Assembly (NCBI RefSeq): GCF_014280195.1
Contig: NZ_CP047960.1
Location: 2,070,001 to 2,102,000, forward strand
Length of the DNA stretch: 32,000 nt
DNA from: Synechococcus sp. A15-24
GTDB lineage: Bacteria > Cyanobacteriota > Cyanobacteriia > PCC-6307 > Cyanobiaceae
Direction of reading: 5' to 3'
Below, piece after piece: positions 9,604-17,931 of this stretch; position 1 is the first letter of the stretch; every line of letters starts with the position of its first letter. The notes under the pieces are model-generated. The model was not told the DNA's origin. It worked only from the letters and a program-made list of their open reading frames with translations, and searched no databases. Both the position numbers and the translations under genes were made by a program.

Positions 9604-10932
9604 TTATTTGCCAATGCAGAAACGGGAAAATACGCGATCAAGCACCGCTTCAGTAAGCTCTTCGCCCGTGATCTCCCCCAGGGCACTGATCGCCTCGCGC
9701 AGGTCGATCGTCCAGAAATCCCAGGGCAATTGCTGGGCCGCGACCTCCTGACTGCGGCCAAGAGCAGCGGCGGCAGTAGCGGCCAGATCCCTTTGGCGCT
9801 CGTTCAGAGCTAGTAGCACCCCTTCAGTGCCTGCAGCCCCACAACGCTCCAGCAGAGCCTGCACCAGGTCTTCCTCACCCGTGCCCTCCAACGCCGACAG
9901 CTGCACATCCACTGGCTGGGGCAAGGCCCCCGCGGGAAGATCCGCCTTGTTGGCGACAAGGATCCTGGGGATGTGCTCTGGGATTCGCGCCAGCAAAGCA
10001 GCGTCTTCGGCGGTCCAGCCCGCATGACCATCGAGTACTAATAGCACCACATCCGCCGTGGCCAGAGCCTCTTCGCTGCGGGCAATTCCCAGCTGTTCCA
10101 CCGCATCGTCGGTGCTTCGAATGCCGGCGGTATCGAGCAGGGTGATCGGCACCCCCTCCAATACGATCTCGCTCTCCAGCAGATCACGGGTGGTACCCGG
10201 CAGCTCGGTCACAATCGCCCGCTCGCGCCGGCTGAGCCGATTCAAAAGCGAGCTCTTGCCCACGTTGGGGCGGCCCACCAACGCCACCCGAAGACCGCTG
10301 CGCAGGGTTTCCCCGCGCTCTCCATCCGCCACCAGGGTGAGCAATGCCTGGCGCACCTGCTGCAAGTCATGCAGCAAGGCATCACCATCCAACGGCGGCA
10401 GATCCTCTTCGAAATCCACCCGCGCCTCCAGCTCGGTGAGCTGATCCAGCAGCTGCTCGCGCAATGTTGTGATCCGAGCCTGAATGCCGCCATCCAGGCC
10501 GGCGATGGCCAGGTCCGCTGCCCGCCGACTGCGGGCCGCCACCAACTGACTGATGGCTTCGGCACGGGTGAGATCCAGACGGCCGTTCAGCACGGCCCGC
10601 TGGCTGAATTCTCCGGGCAACGCCCGCCGCACCCCCGGATGCGCAAGCACCCGTTCCAGCACCTGCTGCACAGCGATCACCCCGCCATGGCAGTGGATCT
10701 CCACCACGTCCTCACCGGTGAAGCTGCGAGGTCCGCGCATCAGCAGCAGCAACACCTCATCCAGGCGTCGCTGACCATCAGCACCGAGCACATGGCCGTA
10801 GAGCACCCGGTGGGACTGCCAGTCCTGCTGGCCTGGAACGTGGACGACCGCTTGACCGACGTCCTCCGCCGCCGGGCCAGAGACACGCACCACGGCGATT
10901 CCCCCCTGGCCCGGCGCCACGGCTGTCGCCAC
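9604..10932 (-). CDS. mnmE: tRNA modification GTPase MnmE (TrmE/ThdF)
   Basis: 'GQGGIAVVRVSG', the G-domain 'GRPNVGKSSLLN' and 'DTAGIR', and the C-terminal 'FCIGK' signature. 10932 is a GTG. The conserved N-terminal residues (..SDTIAAV) are encoded upstream of it with no canonical start, so the real start may be CTG at 10957-10959. Confidence 0.9.
   Translation of the reverse strand: MATAVAPGQGGIAVVRVSGPAAEDVGQAVVHVPGQQDWQSHRVLYGHVLGADGQRRLDEVLLLLMRGPRSFTGEDVVEIHCHGGVIAVQQVLERVLAHPGVRRALPGEFSQRAVLNGRLDLTRAEAISQLVAARSRRAADLAIAGLDGGIQARITTLREQLLDQLTELEARVDFEEDLPPLDGDALLHDLQQVRQALLTLVADGERGETLRSGLRVALVGRPNVGKSSLLNRLSRRERAIVTELPGTTRDLLESEIVLEGVPITLLDTAGIRSTDDAVEQLGIARSEEALATADVVLLVLDGHAGWTAEDAALLARIPEHIPRILVANKADLPAGALPQPVDVQLSALEGTGEEDLVQALLERCGAAGTEGVLLALNERQRDLAATAAAALGRSQEVAAQQLPWDFWTIDLREAISALGEITGEELTEAVLDRVFSRFCIGK
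9606..9618. repeat. Right copy of the 13-bp direct repeat ATTTGCCAATGCA (attR-like). It overlaps the last codons of mnmE.
   Basis: Identical to 6641-6653. The minus strand encodes ..F-C-I-G-K-TAA (stop 9604-9606). Confidence 0.75.
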
Positions 10933-11022
10933 AGCAGCAATGGTGTCGGAGGCGTTCAGGGCAACGGCTGCGTCTCAGTTCCCATACCTAGGATCTCGTA
11001 CCTTCATTGCACGCCTGGGTCC

Positions 11023-11475
11023 ATGCAACGGTTGCTGCAGACCAACCGTGAACGCCTGCGCCGCGGCCTGAAATGGCTTTGGGCGCAAGAAGGCACACCC
11101 GGGCAACGGGCCAGGGGACTGGCGGCTGGCGTGTTCTGCGGCTGCTTCCCGTTTTTCGGCCTGCAGATCGTGCTGAGCATTGGGGTGGCGAGCCTCGCCC
11201 GCGGCAACCATCTCCTCGCGGCAGCAGGAACACTGGTGAGTAACCCGATCACCTATGTGCCGCTGTACTGGTTCAACTTCGTGGTGGGCAACCGGCTGCT
11301 CGGACCTCTCGCCGGAGCCGACTTGGATGATGTGAACCGCAGCAACCTCTGGGACCAAGGCTGGGATGTCCTGCAGCGTCTTCTCCTTGGATCCACGTTG
11401 GTGGGGACTCTGATGGCTTTGCTGCTGGGACTGCTGGCCTACCTGCTCTTCCAACGGCGCCCGAGCGTCAGCTGA
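11023..11475 (+). CDS. DUF2062-family small membrane protein
   Basis: ATG at 11023. 'GLAAGVFCGCFPFFGLQIVLSIGVASL..GNHL.AAAGTLVSNPITYVPLYWFNF' is typical of DUF2062. The long upstream part of ORF 10369..11475 is antisense to mnmE and was discarded. Confidence 0.7.
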   Translation: MQRLLQTNRERLRRGLKWLWAQEGTPGQRARGLAAGVFCGCFPFFGLQIVLSIGVASLARGNHLLAAAGTLVSNPITYVPLYWFNFVVGNRLLGPLAGADLDDVNRSNLWDQGWDVLQRLLLGSTLVGTLMALLLGLLAYLLFQRRPSVS

Positions 11476-13798
11476 TACCCGTTCGGGCAATATCGATCAC
11501 ATCAGCCATGGAGCGGATCTGATTCATGGTGCGGCTCAGCTGATCCGAACCTCGCAGTTCCACCCGCAGGTCGATCCTCGCTGGTCGGCCCACAGCGGTT
11601 TTCACCTGAGCATCACTGACGTTGATGGCCCCATCGGACAGGCGCATCAGGATGTCCTTGAGAATGCCCACACGGTCGATCACCTCGATCCGCAACTGCA
11701 CGGGAAAGCGTTGTAGGGGCTGTGAACCATGCACGTTCCAACGCACCGGCAAACGCCGATCCTTGGGAATCGACTCAACATTGGCGCACTCCTGGCGGTG
11801 GATGGTGATGCCATGGTTGCCGAGGGCCACCGTGCCAACAATTGCTTCACCCGGTAGTGGGCTGCAGCAGCCCCCCAGGCGGTAGTCCAACCCTTCCAGG
11901 CCAAGAATCGCGTCTTCGCTGTGGCGTTGATCTGAGCCTGGCTCCTTTGAGGGCACAAGGGCCCTGGCCACCTCCTCGTTGCTGGGGGGGGCGCTGTCCT
12001 GCTCGGCGATCAGACGTATCTCCTCGCGGAAGCGATTGAGCACCTGTTGCAGGGTCACGGCACCGAAGCCGAGCGAGGCCAGCAGGTCGTCGGTGGAGCC
12101 AACGTTGCAGCGCTGAGCCACCCGGGTCATCGCCTCACCGTTCAACAGGGCTTCGAAGCCATCCCGACCCAGTTCGCGCTCCAGCAAATCCTTGCCCCGC
12201 TCGATCGTCTCGTCCCGGTGGCTGCGCTTGTACCACTGGCGGATGCGGTTCCGGGCCGTGGGGGTGGCGACGAAATTGAGCCAATCCAGGCTCGGATGGG
12301 CCGTGTTGCTGGTGAGGATCTGAACAAAGTCACCGTTCTGCAACGCCGTGGTCAGCGAACAGAGACGGTCGTTGATGCGGGCACCGTGGCAGTGGTTCCC
12401 CACCTCGGAATGGATCCGGTAAGCGAAGTCCACCGGGGTCGCCCCTTTGCGCAGCCCCACCACGTCGCCCTTCGGGGTGAACACAAACACCTCTTCGTCG
12501 AAGAGATCCTCTTTGATCGACGAGAGGTAGTCGTTGTGGTCATCGTTACCACCCTCCTGTTGCCAATCCACCAGTTGCCGCAGCCAGTTGAAGCGTTCCG
12601 CCTCGCTGCTGCTGCTGGCCGGTGAACCGCCCTCCTTGTATTTCCAGTGGGCTGCAATGCCGAATTCCGCCACACGGTGCATCTCAATGGTGCGGATCTG
12701 CACCTCAATCGGGCGGTGACGTCCGATCACTGCGGTGTGCAGCGACTGGTAGCCGTTGGGCTTGGGCAGACCGATGTAGTCCTTAAAACGACCGGGAATT
12801 GGACGGAAGGTGTCATGCACCACAGCCAGGGCCCGGTAACAGGCCTCGACACTTGGCGTGATGATCCGCAGCGCGGCCACGTCGTAGATCTCGTGGAACG
12901 CCTTCTGCTGGCGCTGCATCTTGCTCCAGATGCCGAAAAGGTGCTTCGGACGGCCGCTGACTTCACAACCCTCAAGGCCAGCCTGAGCCAAGCGGTCGTT
13001 GAGCAGTGCGACGGTGACCCCCAGCCGCTCCTCCCGCTCACTGCGCTTGCTGGCCACCTCCTGCTGGATCTCCCGGAACGCCTCCGGCTCCAGCAACTTG
13101 AACGCCAGGTCCTCCAGTTCCCATTTGAAGCGACCGATGCCCAGTCGATTGGCCAGGGGTGCATAGATCTCTTTGGTCTCCCGGGCAATGCGCTGGCGCT
13201 TCTCCTCTTTGAGCGCCCCAAGCGTCCGCATGTTGTGAAGCCGATCTGCCAGCTTCACCAGGACCACGCGGATGTCACTGGCCATCGCCAAGAACATTCG
13301 CCGCAGATTCTCGGCCTGGGCCTCGGTGCGGTTGTTGAAGTGAATGCCACCCAGCTTGGTGACTCCCTCCACCAGCTCGCGCACTTCAGAGCCGAAATGC
13401 AGCTCGATCTGGTCAGGGGTGACGTCAGTATCTTCCACCACGTCATGCAGGAACCCGGCGGCGATCACGCTGGCGCTGGCGCCGATGTCCCTCAGCAGAT
13501 CGGCAACGGCAACGGGATGAACGATGTAAGGGTCACCGCTGGCCCGGAATTGGCCCTCATGCAGCTGAAAACCGAAATCGAAGGCCGCCACCAGCAGCGC
13601 TTCAGGATCGATCGGACAGCTCTGCCCCAGGCCCGGTGGAACGTTGAGGATGCATTGCCGGAGCCACTCCGGCAAAGGGATGTTGTATTCGTCCGGATGG
13701 CGCACCGGATGACGCCTCAACTCAGGACGACCGCACACAACAGGAGCCGGAGCACTGTCGGTCCGGGAGGAATCCTGTGGTGAGGAAGCGTCGAGCAT
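11468..13798 (-). CDS. spoT: Bifunctional (p)ppGpp synthetase/hydrolase, RelA/SpoT homologue
   Basis: HD domain ('HPVAVA..LHDVVEDT'), synthetase domain ('YRALAVVHD..FKDYI..PKPNGYQSLHT'), TGS region ('VFVFTPKGDVV.L..GATPVDFAY.IH') and a C-terminal ACT-like region. ATG at 13796-13798 (MLDASS..) chosen. Confidence 0.9.
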   Translation of the reverse strand: MLDASSPQDSSRTDSAPAPVVCGRPELRRHPVRHPDEYNIPLPEWLRQCILNVPPGLGQSCPIDPEALLVAAFDFGFQLHEGQFRASGDPYIVHPVAVADLLRDIGASASVIAAGFLHDVVEDTDVTPDQIELHFGSEVRELVEGVTKLGGIHFNNRTEAQAENLRRMFLAMASDIRVVLVKLADRLHNMRTLGALKEEKRQRIARETKEIYAPLANRLGIGRFKWELEDLAFKLLEPEAFREIQQEVASKRSEREERLGVTVALLNDRLAQAGLEGCEVSGRPKHLFGIWSKMQRQQKAFHEIYDVAALRIITPSVEACYRALAVVHDTFRPIPGRFKDYIGLPKPNGYQSLHTAVIGRHRPIEVQIRTIEMHRVAEFGIAAHWKYKEGGSPASSSSEAERFNWLRQLVDWQQEGGNDDHNDYLSSIKEDLFDEEVFVFTPKGDVVGLRKGATPVDFAYRIHSEVGNHCHGARINDRLCSLTTALQNGDFVQILTSNTAHPSLDWLNFVATPTARNRIRQWYKRSHRDETIERGKDLLERELGRDGFEALLNGEAMTRVAQRCNVGSTDDLLASLGFGAVTLQQVLNRFREEIRLIAEQDSAPPSNEEVARALVPSKEPGSDQRHSEDAILGLEGLDYRLGGCCSPLPGEAIVGTVALGNHGITIHRQECANVESIPKDRRLPVRWNVHGSQPLQRFPVQLRIEVIDRVGILKDILMRLSDGAINVSDAQVKTAVGRPARIDLRVELRGSDQLSRTMNQIRSMADVIDIARTGIS

Positions 13799-13851
13799 CC
13801 GACCCGGCGGGTCAATCCATGGTATGCAGTGCTCGCCCCCCCGTCTTCTCC

Positions 13852-15444
13852 ATGTCACGGCCTGTTCTGGAGCTCGAACAGCTGCGACTGCGCTACCCGG
13901 GCAGTGATCGCTGGACCCTCAATGGTCTGGACCTGAGCCTGACGTCCGGAGAGACCATGGCCCTGGTGGGTGCCTCAGGCTGCGGCAAAAGCACAGTGGC
14001 CCGTGCCGTGATGCAGCTGTTGCCCCCTGGCACCCAATGCGAAGGGACGCTGCGATTGACGGGCATCGATCCGCGACCACTGGATCGTCCCTCCCTGCGT
14101 CGGCTGCGCGGACAGGCCGCTGGCCTCGTGTTTCAGGACCCGATGACCCGGCTGAATCCGTTGATGACCGTCGGCAGTCATCTGCTGGACACCCTGAAAG
14201 CCCATCGGCCGGACAGCAGCGACAGCTGGCGGCAGCTACGGCGCGATGAGCTGCTGGAGAGAGTGGGCATTGGCGCCCGGCGTCGACGCGCCTTTCCCCA
14301 CGAGCTGAGCGGTGGCATGCGCCAGCGTCTGGCCATCGCCCTCGCCATCGCCCTGGAGCCGCCTCTGCTCATCGCCGATGAGCCCACCACCAGCCTTGAT
14401 GTCGCCGTGGCTGGGCAGGTGATGGCCGAACTGAGCGGTCTCTGCGCAGAAATGGGCAGTGCCCTGCTGTTGATCAGCCACGATCTCGCCATGGCAGCGC
14501 GCTGGTGCGAGCGCATGGCGATGCTCGATGGTGGCCGGAAGGTGGAGGACGGCCCCAGCCAACAGCTGCTGACCCAGCCTCGTTCCGAGGTGGGCAAACG
14601 GTTGGTGGCCTCAGCCCGGGCCCGGGAAGGGGGGCAGACGCCCTCCAGGCCCGATGCCGACACCGTGCTGAGCGTGGACGAGATGCGCTGCTGGCACACT
14701 GTTGGCGGCACTCCCTGGTCCCCCGTCTGGCTCAAAGCGGTGGATGGCATCAGCCTTACGCTGTGCGCCGGGGAAAGTCTTGGGGTCGTTGGAGCCTCAG
14801 GCTGTGGCAAGAGCACCCTTTGCAGGGCGTTGATGGGGCTCAACAGCATCCGCGGTGGCCGCGTGGACCTGTTGGGGCAGAACCTGCTCAGCCTGAAGGG
14901 TGAACCCCTGCGACAGGCACGCCGAGCCCTGCAGATGGTGTTTCAGGACCCTCTGGCCTGCCTCAATCCGGCCCTCAGCGTGGCGGATGCCATTGCCGAT
15001 CCTTTGCTGATCCATGGCCTGTGCAGCAAAGCTTCCGCCCGCCAGAGGGCCAGGGAATTGATGGAGCGGGTTGGCCTTAATCCGGCTGAGCAGTTTCAGG
15101 ATCGTCTTCCCCGCCAGCTCTCCGGCGGCCAACAGCAGCGAGTGGCCATCGCCAGAGCCCTGGCCCTGCAGCCGAAGGTGCTGATCTGCGATGAAAGCGT
15201 CAGCATGCTCGATGCCGAGGTTCAGGCCGAGGTGCTCGCGCTGCTGAGGGAACTGCAGCAGGAGCTGGGGCTGGCGATGATCTTCGTCACCCACGATCTT
15301 TCGGTGGCCAGCGGCTTCTGCCACCGCGTGATCGTGCTGGACAAGGGCCGGATCGTGGAGGAAGGACCAGGCGAGCGAATCTTCCGAGCCCCTCAGGCTG
15401 TGATCAGCCGCACGCTGGTGGATGCTTGTCCACGGCTGCCATGA
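13852..15444 (+). CDS. ABC transporter ATP-binding protein with two fused ATPase domains (oligopeptide/dipeptide/nickel class)
   Basis: Two Walker A motifs ('GASGCGKST' twice), two signatures ('LSGGMRQR', 'LSGGQQQR') and two Walker B motifs ('LLIADEPT', 'VLICDESV'). ATG at 13852 is preferred. ATG at 13819 is possible. Confidence 0.85.
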   Translation: MSRPVLELEQLRLRYPGSDRWTLNGLDLSLTSGETMALVGASGCGKSTVARAVMQLLPPGTQCEGTLRLTGIDPRPLDRPSLRRLRGQAAGLVFQDPMTRLNPLMTVGSHLLDTLKAHRPDSSDSWRQLRRDELLERVGIGARRRRAFPHELSGGMRQRLAIALAIALEPPLLIADEPTTSLDVAVAGQVMAELSGLCAEMGSALLLISHDLAMAARWCERMAMLDGGRKVEDGPSQQLLTQPRSEVGKRLVASARAREGGQTPSRPDADTVLSVDEMRCWHTVGGTPWSPVWLKAVDGISLTLCAGESLGVVGASGCGKSTLCRALMGLNSIRGGRVDLLGQNLLSLKGEPLRQARRALQMVFQDPLACLNPALSVADAIADPLLIHGLCSKASARQRARELMERVGLNPAEQFQDRLPRQLSGGQQQRVAIARALALQPKVLICDESVSMLDAEVQAEVLALLRELQQELGLAMIFVTHDLSVASGFCHRVIVLDKGRIVEEGPGERIFRAPQAVISRTLVDACPRLP

Positions 15445-15650
15445 ACCCGCGTGAAACAGAGGTGAACCCTGGAAAAGCCAGCACCTTCGGCTGATCCACC
15501 ACGATCAGGTGACGTCTGATGCGGAGTGGCATCAGCTGATTGCGCAGCGACCGCAATAGAGCAGACACCCACATCCGGCGGCAACGCAAACGGATGACCA
15601 CAGACGATCTGTCAGCAAGTTGATCTATGGAAGGGAGTTCCAGACATTTG

Positions 15651-16646
15651 TCAACCGATTCGCCGCCGCAATGCCCCCAGCAACCGCTCCATCACCGGCG
15701 GTAACGGCGCCTGAAAAGCCATCCGTTCCCCGCTGATCGGATGATCCAGGCCAAGCTGAAAAGCATGGAGGGCCTGCCCTGGCAGCTCCATCGGCAGTTT
15801 GCGGCAGCGGCTGTAGGTGGGGTCACCCACCACCGGATGGTTCATATGGGCACAGTGCACCCGGATCTGATGGGTGCGACCGGTATCCAGCTTGAAACGC
15901 AGCAACGAGTAATCACCGAGCCGTTCCTGCAACGTCCAATGGGTGCAGGCGTAACGGCCGGAGTCATCGTTGACAACGGCGTACTTTTTGCGATCAGCGG
16001 GATGGCGGCCGATGGCACCCACGATCGTGCCGCTGTCACCACCAGGTACGCCGTGAACCACCGCCAGATATTCCCGTGATGCGATCCGCTTCTGGATCTG
16101 CCCCTGCAGCCGCACCAGCGCCTCCTGGGATTTGGCAATCACGATGCAGCCGGTGGTGTCTTTGTCCAACCGGTGAACAATGCCGGGGCGCAGCTTGCCG
16201 CTGATCCCCGGCAGATCAGGGCAGTGGTGTAGCAGGCCGTTCACCAGCGTGCCGTCTTTGTTGCCGGGGGCTGGATGCACCGTGAGGCCGGCGGGCTTGT
16301 TGATCACGATCAGATGCTCGTCCTCGAACAGGACGTCCAACGCCATCGGTTCCGGCTTGAGGTAGGGCAACGGCTCCGGTGGAGGCATCCAGAGCTGCAC
16401 CTCATCGCCCTGGCGCAGGGGGGTTTTGGCTTTGCCGGTCTTGCCGTTCACCCGCACATAGCCGGCATCAATGAATTTCTGGATCCGGGCCCGGCTCTGC
16501 TCGGTGCGCTGACTCACCAGCCAGCGGTCCAACCGCATCGGCAGCGGCTTGGGATAAACGAGGGTGAGCAGTTCACCCTCCCCCTCACCGAAGGACGCGC
16601 TGAAGGTCTCCTCCGGCAGCGGGAGTCGCTTCCAGGTGGGGCTCAT
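15651..16646 (-). CDS. rluD: RluA-family 23S rRNA pseudouridine synthase (RluD-like) with N-terminal S4 domain
   Basis: 'HRLDKDTTGCIV', 'Y.A.V.G', 'GRTHQIRVH' motifs. The ATG at 16644-16646 overlaps the rbgA stop (ATGA). Confidence 0.85.
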   Translation of the reverse strand: MSPTWKRLPLPEETFSASFGEGEGELLTLVYPKPLPMRLDRWLVSQRTEQSRARIQKFIDAGYVRVNGKTGKAKTPLRQGDEVQLWMPPPEPLPYLKPEPMALDVLFEDEHLIVINKPAGLTVHPAPGNKDGTLVNGLLHHCPDLPGISGKLRPGIVHRLDKDTTGCIVIAKSQEALVRLQGQIQKRIASREYLAVVHGVPGGDSGTIVGAIGRHPADRKKYAVVNDDSGRYACTHWTLQERLGDYSLLRFKLDTGRTHQIRVHCAHMNHPVVGDPTYSRCRKLPMELPGQALHAFQLGLDHPISGERMAFQAPLPPVMERLLGALRRRIG

Positions 16647-17509
16647 TCCGGCAGCTCCAGTGCAATGCTGCCAAGGGCGGATTTGCGGAAGTCATCCAAC
16701 AGGCGCTGGGCCATCCGGGCCGTGTCGCCAGAGGTGTGGCGCTGCGCCGCCGCCTCAAGCCAATAGGGGGGATCCGCTGTCTCCCCCTGCACGGGAATGC
16801 CGTAGCGGCTTTCCAGCACAGCGATGGCCACGCCTGAGGCCTGCTGCTGCTGAAGGTCAATCAGCAATTGCAGGAAGGCCTGGGCCACCAGCTCGCCGTC
16901 ATAGGCGGCCTGGCCAATGTCGTCGCAGAGAGCCAGATGAAGAGCCGCCTGCTGATCATCCAGTCGGGGCGGCAACACCCCGGGAGCATCCAGCAAATCG
17001 AGGTCCTGCCCAAGCCGCACCCAACGCAACGTGCGGGTCACACCAGCCCGCCGGGCACTGGCCACCACCTTCTGCTTCACCAGGCGATTGATCAGCGCGG
17101 ACTTGCCCACGTTGGGGAAGCCCAGCGTGAGGGCCCGCACAGGCCGGGGCCGCATGCCACGGTTGCGCCTCCGTTCATTCAAGTGATCGCCGGCCCGAAT
17201 CGCCGCCTGCTGCACCTGCTTCACACCAGTGCCCGCCTTGGCATCGCACCACACCGTGCGCTGGCCGCGCCCTTTGAACCAGGCCTCCCAGGCCTCCCGA
17301 GCCGCGGGCGTCACCATGTCGCGCCGGTTGATCACCAGCAGGTGCTGCTTTCCCTTCAGCCAACGGTCCAGGTGGGGGTGCCCGGTGGCCAGGGGAATCC
17401 GGGCATCGCGCACTTCGATCACCAGATCCACCTTGTCGAGATGGCGACTGAGCTGCTGCTCCGCCTTGGCGATGTGACCGGGATACCACTGAATTGCCGG
17501 TGTGCTCAT
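16643..17509 (-). CDS. rbgA: Ribosome biogenesis GTPase A (YlqF/RbgA)
   Basis: 'IQWYPGHIAKA', circularly permuted G motifs ('NRRD', 'GFPNVGKSALINRL', 'DAPGV'). The ATG at 17507-17509 overlaps the upstream stop (ATGA). Confidence 0.85.
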   Translation of the reverse strand: MSTPAIQWYPGHIAKAEQQLSRHLDKVDLVIEVRDARIPLATGHPHLDRWLKGKQHLLVINRRDMVTPAAREAWEAWFKGRGQRTVWCDAKAGTGVKQVQQAAIRAGDHLNERRRNRGMRPRPVRALTLGFPNVGKSALINRLVKQKVVASARRAGVTRTLRWVRLGQDLDLLDAPGVLPPRLDDQQAALHLALCDDIGQAAYDGELVAQAFLQLLIDLQQQQASGVAIAVLESRYGIPVQGETADPPYWLEAAAQRHTSGDTARMAQRLLDDFRKSALGSIALELPE

Positions 17510-17865
17510 GGCACCACCAGGACGGGACAGGGAGCCAACTCGATCACGCGGGCTGCCGTGCTGCCGTCATCGGAGTTAAGGCTCACGCCGCCGATTCCCA
17601 TCACGATCACATCCACATTCAACTCGTCTGCCACGTCCAGGATCACGGTCACGGGCTCACCGCCGCGCTCCAGCCGCTGGCAGGGCACACCGGACTGATC
17701 AATCCGCGCCTTGATCCGCTCCAGAAGCGATGGATTAGGAGCCGAATTCAGCAGCTCGAGCAGCACCAGGCGGCGGTCGTTGCCCTGGACGAGTTCTAGG
17801 GCCATGACCGCGGTGTCCAGAGCCTGGGGGTTGGCGTCCATGGGCAAGAGGAGGGTCTCAAACAT
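17506..17865 (-). CDS. Universal stress protein (UspA) family protein
   Basis: 119 aa. 'DVIVMG..G.....GSTA..V...A.CPVLVV' is the C-terminal Usp signature. First gene of the usp-rbgA-rluD overlap-coupled cluster. Confidence 0.7.
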   Translation of the reverse strand: MFETLLLPMDANPQALDTAVMALELVQGNDRRLVLLELLNSAPNPSLLERIKARIDQSGVPCQRLERGGEPVTVILDVADELNVDVIVMGIGGVSLNSDDGSTAARVIELAPCPVLVVP

Positions 17866-17931
17866 CGCCGATCAAAGACGCGAAAACACGGGTTAACCTC
17901 CTCCCGTTTTCCTACCGCACGACACAACCCC

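Larger units (their letters stand above)
6641..9618. mobile_element. Low-GC genomic island (~3 kb) integrated at the 3' end of mnmE. It is bounded by 13-bp direct repeats and encodes no recombinase.
   Basis: GC falls from about 60-65% to about 40% between the two copies of ATTTGCCAATGCA (6641-6653 and 9606-9618). The island has one large ORF and ~400-bp non-coding arms on each side. Confidence 0.6.

Noticed and set aside
10369-11022. N-terminal 218 codons of ORF 10369..11475
   Set aside because: This part is antisense to mnmE and has no motifs. The DUF2062 homology begins at the ATG at 11023.
15516-15557. Small hairpins (CTGATGC..GCATCAG at 15516-15535; ATTGCG..CGCAAT at 15539-15557) in the 200-bp convergent spacer between the ABC ATPase and rluD
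   Set aside because: The stems are short, have no U-tracts and show no sRNA-like promoter or terminator context. They cannot be distinguished from chance in GC-rich DNA.
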